DNA of 25,481 bases, taken from Sarea resinae (lineage: Eukaryota). Each line of letters starts with the position of its first letter. Position 1 is the stretch's first letter. This document shows positions 10,610-21,963 of this stretch, piece by piece. Both the position numbers and the translations under genes were made by a program. The stretch spans positions 62,001 through 87,481 of the forward strand of contig JAPEUD010000094.1 in NCBI GenBank assembly GCA_026026165.1, given 5' to 3'. A model generated the notes under the pieces. The model was not told the origin of the DNA, searched no databases, and saw only the letters and a program-made list of their open reading frames with translations.

Positions 10610-13020
10610 TCACAACACACTTGAGTGACCATCATCGTTCAGCCAGCCATTCATGACGGCATTCCAATCCGGCAAATATGGAATCTCTGGCATTGACAGA
10701 TCCAGAGATGAAAAGATGTTCTGATTGGAATCAGCAACGAACTCTTGACCTGATTCGGGGAGGGTGGATGTTCCTTGCGTTGTTGCTGTTGTGCGGGTGG
10801 GCGGCGAAATTTCGATATCTGGCAGAAGCTGGGAAGTACAAAGTTCGCCACTGCTGGACAACTGGATCTCGACATCGGCCGTGGCCATAGATAGCTGGGC
10901 CTGTTGTCTCAATGATAAAGCTTGGAATCGGAGTAGGTTGAGACATCTCGAAATGCTACCGTGCCCATATTCATCATCGAGCCCCGCGGAATGACCATGG
11001 AGACTCATTCCGCGAGGAAAGAGCTCTTCGACCAAAGTCCAGGCACGTTCTGTCTCGACGCCACAGGGGCTACTACAGAGACAGCGTAGAACGTAGGCGA
11101 GGGCGTACCATTGCGTGTACATGTTGAAAAACCATTTGAATCTGGAAGCAACACCCTCCTTCAATGACACATAATTACTTTCCAGCCCATCACAGGCTAA
11201 CTTGAAAGACGGCTTGAGCTTGTCAGGAATCGCATCATCTTGCGCCCCTTTTTGCTTTTGCGTGCTGATCTCCTCTCGTAGTTGCAGCACGAACTCCATT
11301 TTCTTAGAGGCAGTGGTGATATGTTGAAGTGCGATGCGCGACAGATCAGTCAGCGTTCCAGACCCGGATGGAATACCATATTTAGCTGACAAATATTGAC
11401 CATGCTCCTGAATCATCTTTCGTCTTGCTGTGATATCAGGAAGAGCATCTGCGGAATGTTGCTCTTGAGTCTCAAGAACTGGATGTAGTAGCCGGCACGA
11501 CTCAGTTTGAATCAGAAAGAAGGACATTTCCGTCCAACCATCCGACTCCACTGGAAAGCTTGTCATGTCTGGATAGATTTGATTGTCATTCACATTCAAG
11601 GGAAGTCGTAGTTCCCCGTTCATGACATCAACCGTGGGTTGAAATCCCTGATCCTCCGGGGCACGAGAGTCAAGCACACATAGATGCCACCAGAGACGAA
11701 GACGCATTTCCGTCTCAAAGGGGCTCAGTTGGAGGCAGGCACCATCTCGGTGCACGCCAATCGATTGGGCGAGCCGGATCGCCAGCCCATTGAGAACCCA
11801 TACACTCCGGCCAATTTCATGGGCCCGTAAACAAGTCTAGAGCAGACGTGATCAGTTAGATGGACCAATCGAGTAAGGGTGCACTCAATATTGATTCCAG
11901 GGCGAGCCTCGGTACTCACCACATATATTGCGAGAGCCTGTAATGCCGTCATTTCAGGTCGATTCATGAGATCGGTCACCATGAGAAGTCGGTCCAAGGA
12001 CATCTTATAGCGTTTCAAGAGCACCGGCTTCTCTTCAGGTAGCTCGATGGGTTCGTTCTTATCATCATGACCAAGGGCCGTGACGGCGGCAAAATAGATG
12101 GAAAATGTCAATGCCACCGTTGCAGATCCTGCAGATTTGGGGTCCAGAATGGTTGCAACAACGGCAGACTGGGCGGTTGGTAGATGCAGAATCTTGAGGA
12201 CCGGATCGACCGACTTGACGTACACAGTCCATAACCGAAGGGCTAGTTGGGGATCAGGATAGAATTCCAGCACATCAGAAACCATGTCTGAAGGAGCACA
12301 AGCACCTGGCTGCGCAAGAAGTGTATGATGAGCATCTGTACCTTTCTGAACATGCGAAGGTGCTGTTTCCGAGCCAGTAGGTTGAGCAATTTTGATTCTT
12401 TCTCCCTGATGGACGTGCCATATTAGCTTAGCCAGGGTATGTATGATGGATGATACACTTATAGAGGGGACTAAAACTTGAATAAATTCTAAGAAGAAAT
12501 CCAGACTCACACCTTGCAGTGAAATCTCGATATTCAAATTATTCACATACCGGACAACTTGTCCATCATTCAATAATAGCTCCCATGTTGACTTGCAGGA
12601 GCGTTGATCGGATGGATGTTGATTTGCAGTTGCATTGACATTCGCACCAGATTGAAGCTGAACCCGAGTCTGAGACTCGCCACCACCACCACCACCATCT
12701 GCTGCAGATTCCGTAGTGACTCGACTGCTCTCAGCAAAACGTGATAGCAAAATTTCCAGTCGTTCCAGGCGGTTGGAGATGCTTTGGAGAGTGGGGCTTT
12801 TGCGTGCCAATTCGCTGTTCTTTGTGCGATACACGCAGGTCAAACCACATCTCGAACAGTTGGCGCAAGGCACTCCGTGATCACAGCGGACCTTACGCCG
12901 ATGACAGCTCAGACAGGACCGTGCCCCTAATCTGTGACTCTGCGGGGACGATTCCCGGAATGGGTGTGCCATGTCATTATTATCGGAAGAGGTAGATGAC
13001 CTCTTTTGTACTCTGGCCAT
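10610..13020 (-). CDS. Zn2Cys6 transcription factor with fungal-specific TF (middle homology) domain, ~740 aa
   Basis: SCLSCHRRKVRCDHGVPCANCSRCGLTC; VDPVLKILHLP; SVWVLNGLAIRLAQSIGVHRDG...RLRLWWHLCVLD. Exons 13020-12511, 12405-11920, 11836-10610 (introns GTGAGT...CAG and GTGAGT...CTAAC...TAG). Alternative ATG at 12972. Confidence 0.93.
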
Positions 13021-13722
13021 AATCGCTGATGCCACGTCGTTCAATGCCCATCAATTTGGAGAAGATACTTGAGAGAAAGAAAACCATAATTGATTCCAGC
13101 AAGCAGCTCGAAGTCGAAAAAGAAAACGATGATAAGGAAGTATTGCTGCGAGTAGGAAATGCTCTGCACCAACAAGGGGAACCTGTGGGGTAGTGGCGAT
13201 CTCCTCGGCCTGTCGGGACCGAGATGTCCGCAATGATCTACCATAGGGCATGAGGTCGGGTGGAGTGGATGTTGGTCTCCACCTCTAGCTCCAGCTGCAT
13301 CCACCGGCGTTCTCGGCGCCGCTGGCTCCGTAGGTACCTGCCGTCGTCAATGCTCCATTACCTGTAACCTTGAAGATACCTGTACCGGGCCAGTCACAAT
13401 CCAGCGCCGACGGACGGCCAAGTCCTACCGCCCGACATCATCCTCAACACAACAACACAACGCAACAACAAGAAAGGAAAAAGAAAGGGCGCATGCCGAT
13501 GATTACACGATTTTCCAACTATTGCTCGGACAATCGGATCACCATGGAAGATCCTACCGGTATAAATGTATATCATTATCACTCCATCCCGTCGAGTCAA
13601 GTAATAACAATCCGCACTCTCCAGAGATCAAGTCGTGCGTTCGACTCACGCCCAAATTGCAGAAGGCCTCCCTTTTTATTTGAATTCGCATCAGTGGTAC
13701 TCGATCCCCAGACCCTTTCATC
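13021..13722. promoter_or_regulatory. Divergent promoter between the TF and the DHA1 transporter
   Basis: Head-to-head genes. TATAAA at 13561. CGG-N5-CGG at 13527-13537 and further CGG/CCG triplets at ~13304-13330 and ~13407-13417, typical Zn2Cys6 half-sites (binding is inferred). Confidence 0.55.
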
Positions 13723-15421
13723 ATGTCAGATACGGATATCGAGAAAGGTGTCCACGAAAGCACCAGCGGCTCCCCGTTAGCTTCGGGTCCGGTCGACGAG
13801 CGCTATGAGCCCCGAAAGGCTGTGAATGCCACGAGCTGGAGTCTGGGGTTGAAAATTTCTCATACTGCCATCCCTTGCTTCCTGGCCTTTTTGATGTGGG
13901 TTTTGGGCGACCCGGGAAGCATGTCGTGTGCTCCTGCTGACCAAGTCATAATCAATCGAAGCACATTTTCCGCGTCCGTCACAGCTCCTGCCACTTCGAT
14001 GCTCATGGTTGAGTTCAACATCAATCGTACGGAAGCCCTTCTCGAGCAAACCCTATATATGTTGGGGTTGTCGTTCGGCCCTTTGATCCTGGCGCCCCTG
14101 TCAGAGTTTATTGGTCGTCGTTGGCTGTACCTGGTAACCTCATCGAGCATAATCGCTTTCGCAGGAGGTTCCGGAGCTGCACGAAATTTTGCCACCCTTT
14201 TGATCTGCCGTTTTCTCTGTGGATTCTTGGGATCAGCCGGAATCGCTATCGGTGCGGGGACAATCGTCGATATTTGGGGGGTGGCGAAAGCTGGAGGATT
14301 GGCAAGGCTTCTCTTCATTTGCGGCCCATTCTTAGGACCAGCTATGGGTCCATTGGTAGGGGCATACGTTATGCACGAATACAATGACGATTGGAGATGG
14401 ACCCAGTGGACGGTGGCCTTGATTGGAGCACCCATCTGGATTCTGGTCCTTTTCATGAAGGAAACTACTGACTTTCGGATCGAACGTGGTGCTAACTACT
14501 CAGGCCGTTTTGGCATTGTGCAATTGGCCCTGTCAACACTAAAGGCTGCAGTGCTCCGTTCAATGGCCATGCTTACCACGGAGCCTATCGCGTTATCCCT
14601 GACTCTGTACACGGGATACGCATACGCAATGGTCTTCAGCTTTTTCGCGAGCGCCACTTATGTCTATTCCCTAGATTATGCTTTCAATCCTCGACAGATT
14701 GGCCTTTCTTCTATCAGTGTGATCATTGGTTATTGTCTGGCTGCTGTCATGCACATGATCTTCGAGATGACACTTTATGCTCGAGCCGTGCGGCAAGCAC
14801 CCAATGGCCGTCCGGCCCCAGAGCACCGACTGTACACTGCTATGGCTGGAAGCATTTTCTTGCCCATTGGGCTATTCTGGTTCGTTCGATATCTTCCTGC
14901 AGGAGGCCAACTTAAGCTTTCAGTATCAAGCTAATCTTCACACTTACGATTGCAGGTACGCATGGGAGGCGCACCGAGGCGGCCACTGGGCAGCAGTCAT
15001 GGCCAGCGGTATCCCATTTGGTCTTGGTGCTTTTGTTCTCTTTGTGAGTTCTCCATTTTCCCTTGTGAAAACCAGAGGTTTCTTACTGAGTCCCTTTCCT
15101 TCAAAGCTGTCCTCAATAATATACCTTGTCGAGTCGTACGGGGCTGGTGCTGCTGCGTCTGGTAAGTCTTCTTAATTTTGTGTACTAAGCGCATAATTCA
15201 TGGCTCACGCTGCAACAGCTCTCGCTGCAAATGGATCTGTTCGTTACCTCCTAGGAGCGGTATTCCCTTTGTTCACCATTCAGATGTATGAGAACCTGGG
15301 CATCCATTGGGCTGGAAGTGTGTTTGGCTTTCTGTCTTTAGCGCTCCTTCCTATCCCTTGGCTACTGTTCAAATTCGGCCATTTGCTCCGGAATAAGAGC
15401 CGTTTCATAGCATCTGTATAG
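13723..15421 (+). CDS. MFS drug:H+ antiporter, DHA1 (12-TM) family, ~478 aa
   Basis: GPLILAPLSEFIGRR, RFLCGFLGS, GPFLGPAMGPLVG, WRWTQW, PEHRL and LAANGSVRYLLGAVFPLF motifs. Exons 13723-13895, 13962-14879, 14956-15043, 15107-15161, 15219-15421 in consistent phase. Confidence 0.93.
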
Positions 15422-16115
15422 ATAGAGTACTAGAGAGTGATGAAGATAAATCTAGTAGCATAGTTAGAGCAGCGCCAAGCATCTATTCGCTCACCAATTG
15501 GCAAGAACCCCTGAATTCGCATTATTAATCTCTTTATATGGCTAGAATTCATATTAAAAATGGTTGAGAAGAACTAACAAGGGACTAGCTTAATGAATAC
15601 AAGCTGCTTATCCTTGCTTCATTCCTAGACAACGTAGATTGCGCTGAGATTATGTTTTACCGATTGATATCTCCTTAGACCTACAATGTCTAAGGCTATT
15701 AGAGTTGTAAATTCCTTTAAGGGTGATAGCAGCGACCTTCTAGTAACTTTAAGGTTATAATTCTAATAATCCCTACGATACTAGGTAGTTAGTTTAAAAG
15801 AATTCCGATTTCCTATTTTCCTACTCTTTTCCTATAGGTGTGTAAAATAGCTTACAACCTAGGGTAGAGATTATAATAGTCTTAACATAGTACTTACACT
15901 GTTTAGGAATTCCAAACTATAGGTAGTTCTACTAGGTGTTTAAACTGCTATAAGACTGTGTTAGAATCCTAGATTTAGCTATAAGGTACTACTAGGTACT
16001 ACTATTATGTAATAATTCTACCAATCTACAAATTATTTAGGTTAGTAAGTGCACTCTATAATCTACTTAACCTAATTTAATGATAGCCTACTGAGAGGTA
16101 ATTTTTTTAGGGTTA
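15422..16115. repeat. AT-rich RIP-type transposon remnant(s), unclassified
   Basis: TpA-rich, CpA/TpG-poor tract with no ORFs. Contains small inverted repeats at 15673-15695 and 15697-15768. Confidence 0.6.
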
Positions 16116-16391
16116 GAGATCTTCAGCGTGCACACTATCTTTGCCTTTACCTAGAATGCTGAGTCCAGCTATTCCAGTCACTATTCCTCGCTTGTACCAG
16201 ATGAGCTCCTCTCCCTGGCCCTGATTCCCAGCGATTATCGCGAGCGGAGTCAAAGGCATCGAGTTATCGTGGTCCGAAGATAGCAGGTTGAAGCTGATCG
16301 CGGGGTGGACACGAGAATTCGCGTAAATCCCCAAATTTTTGACACAAAACTGTACCTTATGTCGCTCTCGATCGACCTAAAGCTCTGCGTC

Positions 16392-18127
16392 ATGAACCCT
16401 CCCCAATCCCGTCCCGAAGCGTGTCACAACTGTCGACGCCGGCGCTTGAAATGCGATCGGTCTCTTCCGCAGTGTCTTAAATGTATCAAGAGAGGTCAAG
16501 AATGCCTGGGCTATCAGCGCCTATTTCGCTGGGAGCAGGGCGTTGCGAGTCGTGGGAAGATGGCGGGTATGACGTTCGAGGAGATGAGGAAGGATCGAGC
16601 AAGGCGCGAAGAATCAAATCCGCACTTACCGTCTCCTGCCAGCTTTTCGAGGCAGCAGCTCTCACGCGGATATACTGACGTCTCGCCGCTTGGGTCCCTG
16701 ACGGACCCTCTGGTGCAAGACTTGAATCATGCTTCGAGAAAGTATCTGTTTTACTGTGAGCTTCCTTCGCCCTCTTGCTCAGTCCCTAATACCAATCAAG
16801 GTTCGTATCATAGTTGCTAGTGATGTCTGCAGAGACCTCGTCCTCTACGACATTCCCAAACATAAACCTTTCCGCGAGCTCATTCCCTTGGCGCAACAGC
16901 ATGCAGTCCTCCTTCAAATCATCATCGCCAGCTCAGCACTGCATATGTCGAATGCGTGCCAGAAATCCTTGGTTTTGGACACGACCGCTTTTCCCCTTCG
17001 CGATCGCACAAGTCTACTGGGCTCTCCATGCTCCAGCTCGTCCGCAATCCAACAACTAGAATCTTACAATGATGCTCTCGCAGCTAAGCAGCGGGCTCTT
17101 TACCTACTGAAATCCGCTCTCACCAGTGTAGCTTCAGTGGATATCGATGTAACTCTGGCGGTGGTGCTCCTCTTCATCGAATTCGAGCTCATCGACTCCG
17201 GACGAGATAACTGGAGATACCACATCAATGGCGCAAGAACGATTATCGAGACATTGTGTGGATCAAACATATCGACGCAGATCGCCATGAGCCCGCTGCG
17301 CAGCTGTTTGATCTCAAATTGCTTGGTGTATGACGGGCCCCTCGATTCAAAAACCGTTCTCAATACACACTGACCTGTTTCACACCAGGTTCGACATTCT
17401 CGGCTCGACGCTCGCAAGCTCCATTAGCCTCGTACCCAGTGATACGTTTTCAACTGGCGCTCTGTCACTACTGCAAGACGCAGAAGGCAATCACTGCTCT
17501 TCATTCCCCACAATCCTCCTCCAGCTAATTCGAACTGGAGCTCAATTATGCCAACCCAACCACCAACCCTCTCTGTACTCCTCGAACGGCTCCAAACAAC
17601 AACAAGCTCTCCTCCTCCTCTACACCGCGCAATCCTTCAACCCTTTCACCTGGGCCACAGACCTCCAATCGCGCTCACCCGCCACCGACCTCCTGCACCG
17701 CACACACATCGCTTCCGCACACCGCGCAGCCGTGTGCATCTATCTCTCCCGCGTCCTTCTCTCCATCTACCCCACCACCCAACTCTTCCATGACCTTGAT
17801 TCCCTAGTAGCAGATATCATAACTCACCTCTCATTTATCCGCCCCCAAAACGCCCTATTCACAGCAACAACCTGGCCGGCTTTCATTGCGGGAGCAGAAA
17901 CGAACGATCGCGCGAGGCAGGAATGGGTGGCGACAAGATTTCAAGAACTGTGGGAAGTTGAACCGTGGGGGTTGATAAGAGGGGCGTTGGGGGTGTTGGA
18001 GAGGATATGGGTGGGGAGGAGTGGGGTGGTGGTGAATGGAGACGGAACTCTACTGAAGGGGAAGGAGGGGGGCGGGGATTGGATTAGGGAGTTGAGAGGG
18101 AGGGGCGTTGATTGGCTTATTGTATAA
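16392..18127 (+). CDS. Zn2Cys6 transcription factor with Fungal_trans_2-type domain, Acr-2-like, ~538 aa
   Basis: ACHNCRRRRLKCDRSLPQCLKCIKRGQECLGY, RWEQGVASRGKM, WRYHINGA and TTWPAFIAGAE. Exons 16392-16755, 16814-17327, 17389-18127. Alternative ATG at 16359. The Acr-2 resemblance is from recall, not a search. Confidence 0.9.
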
Positions 18128-18265
18128 TATATGGGGAAGTATACCGCGTCAGCGGAATGTTAAATTCTATCACAAACTCAGATTGCTCTCAGTACCCCCA
18201 ATATATCTACTCACAAATTTCCCGACCCACGTCTTGCGCATCCTACAAACTACACAGAAGACCCT

Positions 18266-19987
18266 TCACACCTGCATCAGAACAACATCTCTGCCAATCC
18301 CCCTTCCCTGCTCCCCCCCTTTTGCCTGCCGCATCAAATCTCCCTTCTCATCTGCTGTCAAATCACTCTTCGCCTTCGGCACCCTCCCCCAAGCCCCCAT
18401 CATTACCAAACTCACCGCTCCCGCACCAACGCCAAACCAGAACGTGTTCTTGTAACTCCTTCCCAACCCCATCTCCTCAACCGTCGCCGACTGAATAATG
18501 TCCGTCAGCCCAAGACAGAGTGCTACACCCAGCTGCAGCACAGAATTGATCACCCCTCCCGCCAGCCCCTGCTGCGCGGTGGGAAATGTAGTGGTTATGA
18601 AGACTGTCATTAGGATTGTGGAGAGGTCGATGCCGATGGTGCTGAGGATCGTGGCAGGGAAGATCCATGCCCAGTAGTTCCCCCCTGCGAGCGGGATGAG
18701 GGCAAGGAGGAGTTGCGACCCCACTGCACCTAGGCCGGAGATTATTAGGAGAACCCTCCCGGGGACTAAGTGGAGGATGAAGCCCTCGAGTATACTGAAG
18801 AGGAGTCCAGCAGCGCCGAGGGGAACGTACCACGCGACGACTTGAAGAGGAGTGGCGGACATGATGTTTTGGAAGTAGAGGGTTCCGTAGACGGAGAAGA
18901 TGCCCCAGGCGCCGTAGAGAAGGAAGAGAGCAAGGAGGAGAGGTGTCATAGAGGGAGTAGTGAAAATTGAAGCGGGTAGGAGCGGGTGGGGGGAGATGCG
19001 CGTTTCTATGTAGACGGCAGAGAAGAGGGAGAGTAGGCCGAGAGTAAAGCATATGGGAATGTATGGTGTTCGCCATCCTGAGGAAGCATGCGCAGATTGA
19101 GTGATGCTGAAGACGGTGAGGGTGATGCCGAAGATGATGGTGAGGGCGCCGGGATAGTCCATGCTAGTGCTGCTGGGGGACGTTTTCTCCGATCGAGAAT
19201 AAGGGATTGAAAAGATCGAGCTCATTAGCGTGATAGCTGTAAGGATACCGCCGATCCAGAAATAGAATCCCCAGCGCAGGAACTGGCCAACGATACCCGC
19301 GACGAAAATACCCGCGAAGAAACCGAAGACTGCTGAAGTGCCGTAAATCGCGAAAACGAGGTTTTTTCGCGGTCCAGGCCGATAGATGGAGCCCATGAGC
19401 ATGACTCCTGCAGGGAGGAAGGCAGCGGCTCCTAAACCTTGGAGAGCTCGGCAAAAGTCTAGCATAAGTGGATTGATACTGAATCCTGCGATAATACTCC
19501 AGGTGAGAAGCCATGCGAGGCCCCAGAAGAAGACGGGAGAGCCTCCCCACACATCACCGAGGCGGCCGAATATGAGTAGAGTGCTGGCGATAACGAGCGA
19601 AAATGCGGTAGCAGGCCACACGCTGGATGCTTGTGGAATATCAAGCTCTCTTATCAAAGTTGGTAGGATGACGGGAAAGCCCGAAACAAAGTATTCCGTC
19701 AGGAATTGAGACATGGTGATGCTGAAAACAAAGGAGACCTCGCTCCAGAGGGTGGTGAAGGTAGGAGGGCGTTCACGGCCGAGACGCTCGATTCGGACTT
19801 CTAATGATTCTTCGGTAGGGGGGTGGAACTTGTTCTTCTCGGCGTTTGGTGTGAGAGTACTGGCAGCCGCGGCATGAACTTTTGAAGCCGAGGCGCTGAG
19901 GCTTCGGCTCCTTGATGGAAGAGGAGATACCCATGAGGTATTGCTCAAAGTTCGAGGTGGAATCGAGGGGGACAGAGTACGTGACAT
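18266..19987 (-). CDS. MFS drug:H+ antiporter, 14-TM DHA2 / Atr1-Amf1-like, intronless, ~573 aa
   Basis: RIERLGRERP, EYFVSGF, GRLGDVWGG, RALQGLGAAAFLP, YRPGPRKNLVFAIYG, MDYPGA, GWRTPYI and QQGLAGGVINS. First in-frame ATG at 19987. Minus-strand TATAAA at 20111-20116. Confidence 0.92.
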   Translation of the reverse strand: MSRTLSPSIPPRTLSNTSWVSPLPSRSRSLSASASKVHAAAASTLTPNAEKNKFHPPTEESLEVRIERLGRERPPTFTTLWSEVSFVFSITMSQFLTEYFVSGFPVILPTLIRELDIPQASSVWPATAFSLVIASTLLIFGRLGDVWGGSPVFFWGLAWLLTWSIIAGFSINPLMLDFCRALQGLGAAAFLPAGVMLMGSIYRPGPRKNLVFAIYGTSAVFGFFAGIFVAGIVGQFLRWGFYFWIGGILTAITLMSSIFSIPYSRSEKTSPSSTSMDYPGALTIIFGITLTVFSITQSAHASSGWRTPYIPICFTLGLLSLFSAVYIETRISPHPLLPASIFTTPSMTPLLLALFLLYGAWGIFSVYGTLYFQNIMSATPLQVVAWYVPLGAAGLLFSILEGFILHLVPGRVLLIISGLGAVGSQLLLALIPLAGGNYWAWIFPATILSTIGIDLSTILMTVFITTTFPTAQQGLAGGVINSVLQLGVALCLGLTDIIQSATVEEMGLGRSYKNTFWFGVGAGAVSLVMMGAWGRVPKAKSDLTADEKGDLMRQAKGGEQGRGIGRDVVLMQV

Positions 19988-20589
19988 GCTCAGGCTGCTC
20001 AATGACCGCTGGGGACATGTGAGTAGTTGACGATGGAGATTTCAAGCTCTGCAAGTTTCCGGGGAGAAGAAACTTATGTATCAGCTCGAAAAATCTCGAC
20101 AACAGCATGATTTATAACGACGAGGTGTAGTTCCCTTGAAATGATTGCCGTTATGCCGTTCATACGGATTTCCACGAGCACGGACTCATCCGATTTGTGG
20201 ATTTGAGGTCCAATAACCCGAATCGATATCAGGCTAGCCATTCTCTTGATCTGGACGCCTGATAGATTGTTACAAGGAATTCACGGTCAATAAGAGACAA
20301 CCCGCATCCCGAATCGACGCCGATCTCGTGCTCCACGTCGGTAGGTTTGAAGGACACCTAAGCGGTGGCGTACTGACAGGGTCTGAACTGGTATCCTCCT
20401 GTTGAGGGTTCCTGCCTGGATGGGCGGGGCAGATCGGATTTGTTTCCGCCATTCTGGTACGCGAATAGCGTTCGTTGGTCTAGAAACCTGAACCGACGGT
20501 CTGATCTTATCTTCTGGGAATTTGGTTGACATTTCGATTTGTCTAGGTGGTCCCAGAGCTTATCGGGGTGAGGAACTCCACTGTACAGG

Positions 20590-21720
20590 TCTGAAAGGTC
20601 GCCGGGTCACTTTTTGGGAGGTCTAGGAAGTGTGCGTCTACCTGGTCTAATGGGTACGACAGCCTATGCGCGTGAAATGGTCCATACTGTGCCTTGGCCG
20701 GGTATGCGTCCGTTTCGTACCGGGTGCTGGTTTCCGCACCTCCGGAGAATCTGTACTGATTGCTCCCGTTTCCTTGGCTGGCGGAGTGAGGTTCGTGTGA
20801 ATTCTCTTGGTGATATGAAGCGAGTTCTGGATCCGGATCTTGATACCCCCGTGTGTCTTGATCAGGGTTCGGCTAATGCTCTTGGTGATACGCCGTAAGC
20901 CTTGATAATCTTGGTTCCTCTCGCATTGGCGGTTACTGTCATGGATATCATCCGCGACCTTGATACGTGCCTATACGTCAGAGCACATATCGAAGGACAG
21001 CGGTGGGATGATGGGATGGAAGGCGACCGTGGTACGAGTCATTCGACAGAATGTATCCATCCATGATGGATCGGAACCCTGATGTCGATCGCTGTCTGCA
21101 AGTCTAGTGTCTTGGCTGCCTATTTAGGAATGATCCTAATCCAGATCCGGCATTATAATTGGCTCGAGCCTTATCGATACCACAGGGAGGTCGAATCTTA
21201 AATGAACCTCCCTCGTTAAGACTCCATGTTGACGGGAGCAAACGAAGACTCGGCTAGACGCGAATTGGACTATTTTAGCAACTGTTTCGGCAGGCGAGTT
21301 CTTCGCTATTATAACTACAGATACAGACTTGTCATTTGCAATCAGGAGAGCTACACAGTTGTTCATGAAGAAGGGGTATGGCCTGACAACCTTGGAAGGC
21401 TATGGGGCGTGAAAAGTTAGCTCCCCCCCGCCCCAACTCAAGGCCCTACTCTGGAAATGATGCTCCGAAACTGCGTCTTGGCTGCCTGTTGTAGAATACT
21501 GATGCCTCTCAACCCTGTCCCAAGCGTACGAAAACTAGCCCATCCACCAGCGTCAGCACACTCCCCGTGCCGCCATTACTCACTGTAGATGTAGACGATA
21601 TCGAGCTACTGCCCCCTTTCCGCGACGAAACCACCACGGTAACTCAACCTTTCTCCCCTGGTCTTAGTCGGCCAGCACATCTTTCGGCTTTCGCCCTCTT
21701 GATAGATAGCTGCGTCGCAT
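20590..21720 (-). pseudogene. Cryptic spliced locus (decayed gene or lncRNA); boundaries approximate
   Basis: Intron-like segments 21535-21583 (GTGAGT..GCTGAC..TAG), 21400-21449 (GTAGGG..GCTAAC..TAG) and 20971-21035 (GTACCA..CTGAC..TAG). No complete ORF. Confidence 0.4.
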
Positions 21721-21963
21721 CAGGGCGCTCCAATGTGTTCATCCGAGCATGGTATGTCAACCTGGAATCCAATTCCAGCCCAAGTTACGGTGAAGATCTT
21801 CCCTCCAGTTCCTCCGAATGATTTCTAATATTCTCCGTCGGTGTTCCTCCATAACAATCTTGTTACTTTCCAGTAGGAATTTAAAATGCTAGATAATCCC
21901 TTGTGTATATTCGTTTTGTCTACTGCCTTCGATACTGTCTAGTTCATTTCTCCTCTACCCAGC

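Noticed and set aside
15830..16000. Apparent homology to 23400-23614 (shared 9-12-mers such as ATAGTCTTAACA)
   Set aside because: The matches are not collinear and are expected between low-complexity RIP-converged sequences.
13860..19709. Long antisense or alternate-frame ORFs over the MFS and TF genes (e.g. 13860-14456, 18477-19076, 19164-19550)
   Set aside because: Shadow ORFs of real coding sequence.
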